From NCBI GenBank assembly GCA_002245135.1, contig NGBS01001160.1:124001-188000 (forward strand): 64,000 nucleotides of DNA, in the 5' to 3' direction. This DNA is from Proteromonas lacertae. Lineage: Eukaryota. Shown here in pieces: positions 26,082 to 38,981 of this stretch. The position numbers and the translations under genes were made by a program. A model generated the notes under the pieces. That model ran no database searches. It saw only the letters and a program-made list of their open reading frames with translations, and was not told the origin of the DNA. The number at the start of each line of letters is the position of its first letter. The stretch's first letter is position 1.

Positions 26082-27304
26082 TATTATTTAGATTGAAAAG
26101 TAAACATATCAATTGTTATTTAACAAATGAGAATATTGATATTATAGTGAATAATTACTTATTCAGATGTTATATTAGATTTCCAAATGAATATAATTTT
26201 ATGTTAAATTCAATGAATCATGACTTTGAAGAACCACATTTGCTTCATTTCATACATTATTATTTATATTTGCCATATCATACATCATTAATTAGAAGTA
26301 TAACAAGTCAATATCCATCATATTCTGATACAACCAGACTTGTGAAAATATGGATGTCTATTCATATGAATTCATATGATTTTTCTAGTGAAGTAGTTGA
26401 TTTATTAGTCTCATATGTTTATATTCATTCTGAACCTAATTTACCACCTAAAAATCCATTTTTAGGATTTATTCGATTCTTACAGTTTATTACAACATTT
26501 TCATTCACAGAAACACCATTAATTATAGATAATTTATCTAATTTTTCTATTCAAGACAAACAAGATATTATGACTCAGTTTAACACAATAAATCATAATG
26601 AAAAACCGATTTATATTGTTACAGCCTTTCATAGAGATTATCAATGGAAATCATTCTTAACCAATGAATATCCAAGAAAAGAAATATTCCAAAGATTAAA
26701 GATTATTAGTAATAAATCATTAAAAACTATAAATGATTTATATAGTGGAGTTATTTGTAATAGAAATAACAATAGGGATAGTCAAACAAATAATATTTGT
26801 TTAAAGTTAATGAAATCTACAGTATTTAAATTACAGTATTCTGATTTTGATATGGTGATAAATTGTGATGAAAAGTATTCTGTTCCAATTTCAAAGTATT
26901 TAAAGACAATACCTTTACAGAATAAAACAGTAAAGAGTAATGGTAAAAATTATAATATTGAAATATATACAAATCTATTAGATTCAATAGCGCAGAAGAT
27001 GTTAATAGATTATAATCCAATTAAACTGTTAATTGATGAATTGAACTCTAAATACAATTATTTAGGTTTCTTTCTCTATGATTCAACATTTAATAACAAA
27101 ATTTGTGTTATATTGAAACCAATGGCATTTTTACCTGTTCCATTTAAAATATCTGAATGTTCAGATTCTATTCCAATTGAATCAAAAGGAGAGATGAAGT
27201 ATACTGTTCCTAATATGCTTGAAATTGTAAATACAATCAAAGAATCAGGAAGAGGATTGATTACAGATGTTAAGATTGAAGTAAGCCAGTTATTATCCTT
27301 ATAA
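23714..27304 (+). CDS. NOL6: Nucleolar protein 6 / Utp22 (Nrap family)
   Basis: Motifs KPTRVDLIGSY, DYMNHIYFDKRNLYL, PTPHYSYRILED, DKGP...YRQFWGNKSELRRFKDGSILETISW and YPSYSDTTRLVKIW. Several introns; one +1 break near 25930. Confidence 0.92.
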
Positions 27305-27323
27305 TTGATAAATAACCTATTAT

Positions 27324-27331
27324 TGTTTGTT
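27324..27331 (+). promoter_or_regulatory. TGTTTGTT, Blastocystis-type downstream polyadenylation element
   Basis: Exact motif 19 nt after the NOL6 stop. Another exact copy lies on the minus strand at 29495-29502, downstream of the stop at 29540. Confidence 0.55.
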
Positions 27332-27497
27332 ATTTTAGTATCTGGGATTATATGAATATGATATTTAAATATCATATAATGTTTGATATATTAAATAATA
27401 TTAACAACTTATAAAAGAGAAAAAGAATCTCTAACATTTGATAAGAATCAATGAAGATTCAAATAAACTCGGCTTGAGAATCTTAGAGATTTCAAAA

Positions 27498-28411
27498 ATG
27501 AAATTTGGGAAGAAATTAGCGTATTAGTTATTAAATGTTATAAAATATTAGTCATGAAGTAGTTGCCTTTGATTCTATGTATATGAAATCATTCGTAAAG
27601 TACAAATTAAGAAAGAGTGGAATAGCTGCATGTGTAGCTGATAAATCTGGTAATACTACAAAAGAGTATATAATTTTATCAAATTTAAATGTAGATGGAT
27701 AGCTAATTTAAGAAAGGATTTATCAAATGTCAATAACTGTTATGATATGAAGTTGGAATATATTAATAGTACATATGAGGAATATTTGAAGAGATATGAG
27801 AATCTTGTATTTATATAATTTATTTATTTCTCTTAATACTAGCCAAACGAAAAATTTTCATTGATAAAAAAGAAGACATTACAAACACAGATAAGACGTT
27901 TATATGGTGAATTACAGCTATTACTCTTTTTTACTAAATTGAATTATACAGGTTTTCGTAAAGTGACTAAAAAATTTGAGAAGAATACAAAAGCAAAATT
28001 TTTTGAAACATTTATGTTAGAAGTTGTCAAATCCAAATTTGTTGATCAAACTCCCATAAATGATTTGGATGAAAAAATACAAGTATTTCTTTATCTTTTT
28101 TATTATCTCTTTAATATATAGCGTTTATACTCACTAATATCCCAAGGAAGTGAAAAAACAGAAGAAGATGGAATTAAAGTAGGTCTATTAGATCAAGATC
28201 AAGATAGATTTATTGATGCAAAATTGAAGAGAATGGATTTAAATTTCAAAAAGTTGTTAGATCCAGAGAAAGAATTGCATGAAGCATTAGAGAAACAAAG
28301 AAGTATAAATAATATATATATATATATAATATAAATATAGAAGCACCAGGTCAAGAATTACTAAGAAAAACACTTTATGATGATGATATGAAAGATGTTG
28401 ATTCTGATTAA
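27498..28411 (+). CDS. Stand-alone SPX domain protein (inositol pyrophosphate/phosphate sensor)
   Basis: Starts MKFGKKLA and contains FFTKLNYTGFRKVTKKFEK, both hallmark SPX motifs; 5 introns; TAA at 28409-28411. Confidence 0.85.
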
Positions 28412-28514
28412 ATATAAAGGTATGTAAATCTACTTAATTTTGGATTGTTTATTATTTTGTTTATATTTTTTTTTTCAATTTAACACAAAAATTATATAAA
28501 ATATCACACAATAT

Positions 28515-29307
28515 TCATGTAATTACATTATCTTTACCATTACTGGTGGGTAATAACACTTTACTTCCATTATCATTTACATCAACAAAAGCATCTTTTA
28601 CTGGAGGATAATAAGTTGTATTTGTCATAGGCACAGGAGAAACATCTACAGGAATACCTTGAACAGGCTGTATTTTAGCAGAATATATAGGTTCTGGTAT
28701 AGATGTTGTTGTGGATGAACAATTACATTCAGCTTTATCTCTATTTCTCATAATACAACAACAACCACATATCAGCGAGGTTATCATTATTACAGATGTA
28801 CCAAATATAATACCTAAAATAGCTTCTACCTCATTCTCTGGATCATAATGACTTCCTTCATATACTTTTGCTTTCTTTTTGAATTCAACATAATAAGGAT
28901 GTTGTAAGAATTGTGACACATAACATATAAAATACTTTACATCTTCATCTTCGCTTAATATATTCATTTGTGTTTTTGGACAAGATACATACCTTTCATT
29001 CATAACAGTTGTATAGTAATCATAATCTCTTGGAGATAATGGAGAGAATATACAATTAATAGTATTCAAGTGCTAATGTTTCACATGCATCTGTATTTTT
29101 AACAATTATATTACCATATGCCATATATCTCTTTCTGTCTTTTATATATACAAAGTTCATTGAACTTATATCTACTAAATCTTCATCTTCAATTTTCAAT
29201 TGTGTGAAATTGTAATTAATATGTTTAGTATTTGTATAAGTAGTATTACTAGCACAAATATAGCGCATGCATATCATGATAAGTATTGAATATGTGCTAT
29301 AGGTCAT
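28515..29307 (-). CDS. Single-pass membrane protein, tandem paralog 1 (Cys-containing ectodomain, Cys cluster after the TM, Pro/Tyr tail)
   Basis: ORFs 29056..29334 and 28515..29069 join with a +1 shift that restores the C-x9-C spacing of the paralogs. TM AILGIIFGTSVIMITSLICGCCC; tail KVLLPTS. Confidence 0.75.
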
Positions 29308-29539
29308 TAAAATCAAAACATAAAAATCTGACAATACACTTTATACATGTATTAATCGTATTAATTTATATTATCTTAGAATATGAGTTAATATCTAATA
29401 TCATATATATATATATATGTTTGTTTTAATTTGTAATGAACATATGTTAAGTATTATGAAATGTTTATAAAATTCGTATATTCTACTAATCACAAACAAA
29501 CAATTCTAACTATAATGACGTTTATGTATATTATATTAC

Positions 29540-30389
29540 CTATACTGGATTTCTAGAACATGATGGCAGAAGAACTTTAGAACCTTTCTCATTTTCACAT
29601 TCATTCTTACTGTCAATACAAAATTCACGTTTAACATCAGTATCACTCATTAAATATTGATTATCGGTATGCATAACTGATTCATCAGGTCCTGGAAGTT
29701 GTTCTCCATAAAGGTAAGTATCTTCATCATTTACCTCCCTCAGCTCTACAACAAGGTTTATTAACAGAATCTTCTGGAGATAATACATCCACTGGAGGTT
29801 GAATTGGAGGTTGTGGAATTTGCTGTTGTTGTTGTTGTTGTGGATTGGGTATATTCTGCAAGCTTTGAATTGCATCTTTTATATTATTTATATTCCCAAC
29901 CACAGTTTTTACTATTTGAGCAACAAAATTTGTTACAATTGCAACAATTATAATTCCTGTTAAATTGTTGTCTATCGTTTTATTTTCTTTGGATTTATAT
30001 TCTTTATATCTCGAAGTTATATCTACTGATACTATTTCGTTGTTATAGTCATTAATACATCCAAAGTATTGCACAATATCATTATCACTAATTTCACTAA
30101 TCTCTGTACTTGAACAAGACATAGGATATACTTTGTAAGAGTAAGAAAACTGTTCTTCAGAATCTATTGAACTTTCACTAAATATGCATTTTAGATGGTA
30201 ATTTTGTATTGACTGACAGTTAATAGATGTTTTAAATTTGATAAATCCATAAGCTATATATTTATTTCTCAAAGAAAGGGATTCATATTTGATATTACTC
30301 ATATCAATTGATAAATCTTTACTTTTAGCTCCTAAAACATCAACTAGTTGATTTTGAAGTATAAATAACAAGACAAAGAGGCAAAACAT
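29540..30389 (-). CDS. Single-pass membrane protein, tandem paralog 2
   Basis: Signal peptide and ectodomain YIAYGFIKF...C...CIFS...C...YFGC. The shared tail KVLLPSCSRNPV is reached only via a +1 shift at about 29727-29757. Confidence 0.75.
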
Positions 30390-30607
30390 CAAAATAAAAA
30401 TTATGAAACGACTATTTTTACTTTGACAATAATCAACTTTTTTACATGAACTATTTAATTATTGTCAAAAAATAAATGTTTATAAAATACTTTGAAATAT
30501 AGATGCTACATTGTATATTATTTATATGATATATTATGTGAAATTAGCTAAATTCAAAAAACAGAAAGTAAAATATAAATATTATTAAGTTCACTTATTA
30601 CTTTTAT

Positions 30608-30927
30608 TCAAACTGGATTACGAGATAATGTTGAAGTAGGTAAAACAACTTTACAAGAAGGATATTCTTCATCATCACTATTTGGATTATTCATTGTTGA
30701 AGCAGTAACTATTCCTGGAAGATTCGTATAAGTACCACCAGGTGTTAATTTTGAATCTATTGGATAAGTTGATCCCATATTGGCATTTATATTTTGTTGA
30801 GGATTTGAATATAAAATTGATTGATTTGGACCTGCTGGTTGGTTTGAATAATACTGAACTGTTCCATCAGGTAATTGCTGTGCAACTAAATAGGTTGTGC
30901 ATTGAGGTTGTGTTCCACTTGACATTA

Positions 30928-30958
<31 letters not shown>

Positions 30959-31642
30959 ACTTAAATCATTATTGATATTACCATTACTGGGAGGAACATA
31001 AGCCATTGTTGGGGCTTGAGCATAAACTACTTGATCATTCTTTTTTGTTGCTATTAATGCAGGTGGAGGCTCACCATTACAAACTACTGATTTGCCTCTT
31101 TTCTTTACCATACAACAACAACATATTGATCCTACTACAACAATTATAACTGAACATCCAAAAACAATTCCAACAATTGCTACTGTTTCATCCATTTCAC
31201 ATTCATATTTGCTGTATCTATTTGACATGTCAACTGTATGTACAGTATCTGTAAGACAATTAAAATATTTAACATCACTATCATCACTTAAAACGTTAAC
31301 TGCTGTTGATGGACACTTTACTGTAAAAACATGGGTAGTATATATTTTAAATTGATCAATAGTCATAGGTTGTGATGAGAATGAACACTGCATTTGACTA
31401 CCTGCGTAAGTTGCACAATCCATTACATGTTCAAATTTAATATTACCAGTACACATATATAATTTATATTGTGGTAAATAAGTAAAGCTTAAAGCACTGA
31501 ATACTAATGACCCTTTACTATCACCTGTATTTCTTAAATTTGGATGATTCTTTCCTATAGATTTAGTCACATTACTATTTGTTGCTTTTAATTTGTTTAA
31601 TAAACACACCAAAATCAACAGTAAGTTTAGATTATTCAACAT
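30608..31642 (-). CDS. Single-pass membrane protein, tandem paralog 3 (intact ORF)
   Basis: Signal peptide, same Cys pattern, TM VAIVGIVFGCSVIIVVVGSICCCC, and a P/Y/Q-rich tail ending KVVLPTSTLSRNPV. Confidence 0.85.
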
Positions 31643-31955
31643 TTCAATTTTGAAACGGATAGTTTTTTCTTGACAAAAATGTTGCTTCTAATTTTCTAGA
31701 CTCTATTTGCGTAAAATAATGGTTTAATTTTTATACTCTCACACAAATATTAACCTTCTAATAATATATAAAAGGAAAGTGACAATCAACTTCTTTCATT
31801 GCTTATTCATTCTTTTAATGTATTTTTTAAGAAGTTTTATGTGTTTCAATAAATATTATTTCATATCATATTCATCATTTAACTATGTATATCACTTATT
31901 TAATATTTAAAAATATAGCGAGTTTAGAACGGTTTTTCAAATTTTTAATTTTTGA

Positions 31956-34900
31956 ATGAATCTCGACAACAATTCAGAATATAATGAAGAAATATATCCA
32001 AGTATTCACATAATTGCTAATGTAATCTAGATGAATACAATCTGCAAAGAGAATTAACTCCTAGGTCTCATATCTCGTATTTTCATTATTTTCCTATCAT
32101 AGAGATATAATCCCACAATCTATAATATCAGCAAAAAGTAATAACTCAAAAGTATCAGATGTTGTTTTAAATCCAAATGGTTTTGATGTACCAATTCCAT
32201 TACTTAGTAGAATTATTTCTGAAACAGATGTACCATTAACATCGGCAACATCTTCTGTTCATTTTTTGTTATTAGGATTATGTCAGGCTTTTGAGCTTAC
32301 ACCAGAAGAAGCATCGATTTACATATCTAGAAATATTGATCAATTATTTGACTATATTATTAATGGGTATAATAATAATTTTCAACCAGTTTACAAATTA
32401 TTCCAAATATACATAAAATATGCTTCTAAATTAGGTTTAATCCTAGTAGATGAATCTCATTTAATCCCACAAGTATTTAATTTACTCTCAAAGTCATTTT
32501 ATTCTCAAGATGAGAGAATTATTGAATTAGGTGTTGATTTAATAAGTACAGTAGCTAAATATGCAGAATCACAATCAAATTATTCACAACTCTATGAATG
32601 GTTATGTGTAGCCTACGAAAATAATAATAATAATAATAATCCAATGATTTATAGATTAATAGAATTATACAAAACAAAGCATTCATTAAGGAACTCCATA
32701 ATTAGATTCTTATCTTCTTATTGTTTGCCATATGTTGCTGATATTACATTAGATATTACTCCAAATTACTTAGATACAATGACAGATTATATACCATTCT
32801 TACATGGTATTTTAGATATAATAAATATCGATGTTTTCTCATATGATGATCTTAATCAAATATATGAATTATGTGTATCAATAAGAAGTACAGTTGATTA
32901 TCAATTATTATCATTTACATTACCTTATGTGTATATGGAATTAATAAGATTATTAAATGGAAATGATGAAGAATCTATTAATCTAATTGATAATTGTATT
33001 GCTGAGTTGAAAAGGTTAATAAGAACACCAAATCCTGATTTACAGATAATATCATTATCCTGTATGTTTCATTTGTTAGATATATTTACTAAAAATAATC
33101 ATTGTTTTGCACCTTCGTTATATAAAACAATTATATTTACATTCTTAGAAACAAGAAAACAACAAGTATATTTTATTTATATATATTTATATATTTATAG
33201 TTTATTCATCATTACATTATCAGTAATTTAATAGAATTACTCACAGATAGTCTATCATCTGTTCCAATAGGAATTTTAGTAGAACCATTAATGAAACAGA
33301 ATACTCATTATCAAATGGATAATTATGACTTACAGTTATTATATACATTATCATCCCATCCTATGTTAACTGCTTATCACGCTGGATTGATATTAGATCC
33401 ATTAAAACCACTGTTATTTAGAGATAAAATACAAAGTCCAATATGTAGTTTAATATATGTTATTATTATATTAAGGTTTAATGATGAGAATATTATGAAT
33501 ATTGTTCAAGATACTGTACAAATGGCAATTGAAAATATTGTTCATACTATTAAGAATAACAGATTGATTTCATCCAATACAATTCCATTTAATTTATGTG
33601 TTGATTATTTAGCTACTTTATTACTATCTAATAATGCTTTAATTATTGAAAATACAGCCAATGAGATAATTCCATTACAACCATTACCAGTTGATATAAT
33701 TGATGATATTCGTAAACCAATTGATAATTTATTTGAATTAATTCAAATTGATTCACCACCACCTGAGAATAATGAATATTTTGAAGAGAATAATAATAAT
33801 AATAATATGGAAGAATATAATAAACTATTTGCTGCACCATCTTTATTTGAAGAAGAACAGAATGAACAGCAATTACAAGAACAACAAGAGCAACAGCAAC
33901 AAGAAGAATTAATGAAACAATATGCGAAAGAACAACTTAAAGATCTTCAAATTGATAATCCTGAAGATGTTGTTATTTATCCTGATGATGAAGAAGATAT
34001 TAATAATGAAGAAGAAAGGAAAAATAAATCATTTCGTAAAACTCCAATACCATCAAAATCATTAAGACAAAGTCAAGAAGATTTATTGAAACAACAATTA
34101 ATTGATCAGCAACAACAGCAGCAACAACAACAAATAGAACAACAGCAAAAAATAATTGAAGAACAGCAGAGACAATTGAAAGAACAGCAAGAATTGTTGA
34201 AAAAACAACAGAAACAACAAAAACCTTTATCTTCAGTATTACCAAATGAAGATAATGATGATGAAAAAGGTGAAGAAGAAGAAGAAGAAGAATATGAAGA
34301 AGAGAATTATAATCAATATAATAATGTAATACAGCCAGTAGAACCTCCTCCTCCCTCTTATTTTCCTCAAGAAAGGAGTAAACCTCCATCTCAAGTAAGA
34401 CAAGCATTTAGAACACCACTTCCACCACCATCGAGTCATGAAAATAGACCTTATAATGCTCCAATTAATGAACCATTGTTTTCACAACCAATTGATTTTC
34501 TTACAACACCTCAATCTGATGAAATAGATGCTAAACCATCAGTATTTCCTACAAATGGAAATGATGTTTTTATTCCTCCACTCAGACCTCCAACAAAAGA
34601 ACAACAACAAAAACAGCAACAGATGGAACAACAACAAAGAAAACTACCATTAGATAAACAAACTAAACCTAAATCAAAAATACCAATGAAAAAGAAATCA
34701 CGTTTTCCACCAATCAAGCCAAATCAACAACAAGAAGATTACAATGAAAATGAAGAACCAATCAAATTTAGATCAGCTAGAAATAACATTCCTCCTCCAT
34801 CTCTATCATCAAAACCATTAATTCCTCAATTACCAGATAATAACAATAATGAGAGGAATAGTAAGAAGAATAGAAAGTATTATACACCTCCTGTTCCTGA

Positions 34901-37490
34901 ATTAAAAGAGAATGATAATATACCTCAAGCTGATAAAGAAGATCAACTTGTTGCTGGTGGTGAAGATGAAGAGAATAATATAATTAAGAAATTAAGAACA
35001 CAAAAGAAATTGATGAAAACAAAGCCAAAGATAAAGAAAACAGTCGAAGAAAATGCAGAAACAACGAAATGGAAAAAACAAAGACAAGAAGCAGTTGATT
35101 TAGCAAGACAAACACTAAAGAGAGCAGAAGATTTTAAAACTAAACAGCAACAACAAGAAAAGTTAACAAGAGCAAAGACAAAAGCACAAAAAGCAGCAAA
35201 AGTTGAAGAAGAAAAAGAAAAGGAAGAAAAAGTACCTCCACCACCAATTGAGATAAAAATAGCAGGAATATCAAGTGAAGAAATTGATAGAGCAAAAGAA
35301 TTATTAATGCCATACAAAAAGTCATTTTATAAACTTTACATATTCTTCTGTAAATTAAAGACAACTGCATTAGGAAGAGATCCAATATTCTCTGATTTAG
35401 ATAAAAAAACAAATACATTGAATTTTGCTGGATGGTTAACTTTCTTAATAAAATTTGATATGATTGATTATATATCTAAAAGTGACGCAAAGATATTATT
35501 TAACAAAATAATCGCTAAAAAGAAGCTTCAAGGATTAGGTTTTGATGATTTTCTATTTTGTATTAGTTCAATAGCTACAAGTAGTAAATGGATGGGTAAT
35601 ACACTACAAGAAAGAGTATTTCATATGTTATTTCATATGGAGACAAACGTAGTAGTGAATCAGAAAGGAAAAGCAGAAAAAATACGATTAAATCAGTGGG
35701 TGAATGATTCTGCATCCTTTCTAAAAACAATTGGTTATGATGCAATAGATGTAATGTTGAAAGATAATCCAGATGCTGTGTTATTATATGGATTAAAGAG
35801 AGATTTGAATGAACAAACTCAAACAATTGAAGTAGATAGAGAATCATTTGATAATATAATATCTTTATCTGATAACTATGTATTGTTTAGTAAAGAGAAA
35901 GAAAAAGATGATGGTGAATTAATGAATGCTATTAAAACACAAACCAAGTATTTGAATTGGAATTCTTATGATGATTGTACTTTATTAATTCAAGATATGG
36001 ATATTGATGCAAAATCACCATTTGGTAAATTGTATAAGAAATTAGAAGATTTTATGAAGGATGAGTATAGTAGGATATTCAAAAAGAGAGCTGCAGCAAT
36101 AGAAACATCAATGGAAAATGACGAATTAGAAAAGAAAGAAGTTAAACCTAATAAACCACCAATACCAACAGCTGTAAAGAAACCTAAATCAAAAGTGAAT
36201 AACAAAGATAAAGATTTAATATCTCCACCTAAAAAGATTCAACTAACTAAAAAACCATCTGTTGTTAAATTAAATAATGCTGAAGATAATCGATTAGCTG
36301 TTGAAGATGCTAAGTTACTAAAGAAAGCAGGAATAAATGATCCTTTAAGTGATAGAGCAGATGCAATTCTGACTATGTTTAAAGAGAATAGTATAAATAC
36401 TTATTTTTATTATATAGAAAATAAACTAATTAAAGATGAAGTAGATGATGATAGTGAGAGTGATAATGATGAAAGTTACATTGAGAATTTACCAGAACAA
36501 CCAATAGAATCTTCAGTTCAACAATATTCGTCTGTTGCTCCACCACTACCAACCAAAACATCTCCTCCTAAATCCATCAAATCATTGCATAATTCACCTA
36601 ATAAACCTGTTGAAACTGATGCTGAAATATTACCTACAGAAATTCAGCTTCCACCACCATCTCAATCTCCATCATTATCACCAGTTCAACAACAACAACA
36701 ACAACAACAAATATCAAAATTTGAAGATAATCCAACATATGATAATCTTATATCACCACCCAAAAGAAAATCCAAAGTTTTACCACCAAATCCACCTCCA
36801 GATATTGATTTACAATCAATCGATTCTACTACAACTGCTACAGCATCAATGAATGAAAAATCGATGTCTGTTTTATCTCAACGAGATGATCCTCCAAATA
36901 GACCACCTGAAGTAGATTCTTTCTTTGTTCCTTCTGAATTTTATGATGATAATAATAACAATGATAACAATGATAATCTTAATAGCTCTATAAATCACAT
37001 GTCACCAGTTAATCAATTACATTCATCTCCTGTATCAAAACCAAAGGAAGAATCTCCTAAAAAGGAAGAAGTGAAGATTGAATCACCAAAGACACCACTT
37101 CCAGCTGAACAAAATGAAACAAAGCCTGTTGAAGAGGAAAAGCCAAAGGAAGAAGAATTAAAACCAGTAGAAGAAGAACCAAAGTCAGTAGAAGTAGAAG
37201 AACCAAAAGAAGAGGAGAATAAACCACAAGTAGATGAATCAAAGTCAAATGAGGAGGAGAAACCAAAAGAAGAGGAAAAGAAGAATGATGATGAACAAGG
37301 TGATGATGAACAAGGTGACGATGATGAAGGAGGAGGAGAAGGTGGAGAAGAGGAAGAAGAAAAGAATGAACAAAATAAACCAGCTGCTCCCAAAATTCCT
37401 GGTAAAATACCAGGAAAGGGTGCTCCTAAACGAGCACTTAAATTTGGAAAAGGAAAGAAAGGTCCTCCAAAGATTAAACCACCTCATTAG
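31956..37490 (+). CDS. Large protein: helical (ARM-like) N-terminus, Q/P/E low-complexity and coiled-coil middle, EF-hand/p25-like segment, acidic then basic tail
   Basis: ATG at 31956; three introns join ORFs 32266..33231 and 33291..37490 in frame. Motifs FAPSLYKTIIF...VPIGILVEP and LNFAGWLTFLIKF...LGFDDFLFCI. Confidence 0.75.
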
Positions 37491-37643
37491 AAATTAATTT
37501 ACTTTTTTTATTAAATATTAACTTATTATACGTTAAGTGTCATTTTTTAATCCAGTAAAATACAAATAATATTCAAATTTCCTCTTAATAACACTCAAAA
37601 AACAAATACATCAAAATACACTGTATTTCTGTATTATCAAGAT

Positions 37644-38981
37644 ATGGATTTTGACTTTTTTGATGTAGCTGCTCCTGCTGCTGGAGGTCCACCACCGCCA
37701 CCTGATGCAGGTGGAGATAAACCAAAGGGAAGAAAGAAGATAATTACAAATAAACCAGCAGCTGCAGCAAAAAAGAAACCTAAGAAGGCTGTAGGTGGAG
37801 CAAAAGGTAAAAAGAAAGTAGTTAAAAAAGGTAAGGCTGGAGCATCAGCTGGAGCTTCTGGAAACAATGATGTTGATGATTTTCTTGGGGATTTAGATTT
37901 AGGAGGTGGAGCAGTTCCAGCAGCTGGAGGCGATGATCTTGGTATGGATGATTTCTTTGGAGGAGGTGGTGGTAATGATAATGGAGGTGATGATGATAAC
38001 GAAGATGAAGATGATGTAGATGAGGAGGAAGAAGAGGCACCAACTCCAAAGAAAGGCAAAAAGAATAAAAATGGAGCTGTTAGTATAGATGATGCAGATT
38101 TTGGTTTTGATCTAGATGATCTAAAAGGTTCAGTTAGTAGTAAAAAAGGAGGTAAAAAGAAGAAGAAGGGAGGAGATATAGACGATATAGATCTTGATTT
38201 AGATGATTTAGCAATTAGTGAAGGAGGTTCAAAGAAAAAAGATAAAAAGAAGAAAGGAGGTGCAACTAATATTGATGATTTAGATCTTCAAGGCAGTATC
38301 ACATCTGCATTAGCTGTAGAAAAGAAAAAAATTAGTAATTTAGATGAACTTGACTTTACAGGTGCTGTTAAAGTTAAAGAAGGCGCATTAGATGATTTCT
38401 TAGGTCCAGGAGGCGATTTGACTGAATCTACCAGTGGAGCGTTAGATTCAAACAATGGTGTGTCTTACATGGAAACATCAGGTTGTAACGAGCCAGAAAT
38501 GCAAAAGCTTGGTAAAGATAAGATTCAAGGTTTTTACATATCAGATGATCAAGGTAAATTACTATTTCATCGAGAATATATGAAACAGAAGAAAAGAGGA
38601 GATGAAATAGATCCAGAACATGGATTTTATGAACAAGTAAAGACAGTGACACAACCATTATGGCAGGATAGTGTCAGTAGCTATCAAGCTACCGTGATTA
38701 AAGAATATCCAGTAGTTTTTGGAACATTGAATGGATATATAATGTATTTAGTTGGATCAGGTATGTATGATGAAATATTCTGTCAATTTATACTTGGTGA
38801 GATAGTTACGTTGATTTCACAATTAGGAGTTAAGAAATTCACACCAGAAACATGGAAAGATACAAATTTTATAGGAAAATTTTACACTGCTTTAGATGAG
38901 ATGATTTTAGATGGATGTATAGAGACTTTGGATCAAGGATTTATTGATCGACAGGCAAAGCTTAAACCTTTTAAATTTTAA
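37644..38981 (+). CDS. Longin/sigma-adaptin-fold protein most like the TSET/TPLATE small subunit (TSPOON/LOLITA), with an N-terminal acidic/basic extension of about 290 aa
   Basis: C-terminal domain GFYISDDQGKLLFHREY...YLVGSGMYDE...FYTALDEMILDGCIETLD...IDRQAKLKP matches my recalled LOLITA pattern (LVG..EYDE...LDEI...G..E..D...I.R...LKP). Confidence 0.7.
   Translation: MDFDFFDVAAPAAGGPPPPPDAGGDKPKGRKKIITNKPAAAAKKKPKKAVGGAKGKKKVVKKGKAGASAGASGNNDVDDFLGDLDLGGGAVPAAGGDDLGMDDFFGGGGGNDNGGDDDNEDEDDVDEEEEEAPTPKKGKKNKNGAVSIDDADFGFDLDDLKGSVSSKKGGKKKKKGGDIDDIDLDLDDLAISEGGSKKKDKKKKGGATNIDDLDLQGSITSALAVEKKKISNLDELDFTGAVKVKEGALDDFLGPGGDLTESTSGALDSNNGVSYMETSGCNEPEMQKLGKDKIQGFYISDDQGKLLFHREYMKQKKRGDEIDPEHGFYEQVKTVTQPLWQDSVSSYQATVIKEYPVVFGTLNGYIMYLVGSGMYDEIFCQFILGEIVTLISQLGVKKFTPETWKDTNFIGKFYTALDEMILDGCIETLDQGFIDRQAKLKPFKF

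Noticed and set aside
33643..38658. Many antisense and alternative-frame ORFs over low-complexity coding DNA
   Set aside because: These are shadows of codon-biased Q/E/K/G repeats with no independent protein features. The same applies to other short overlapping ORFs in the track.
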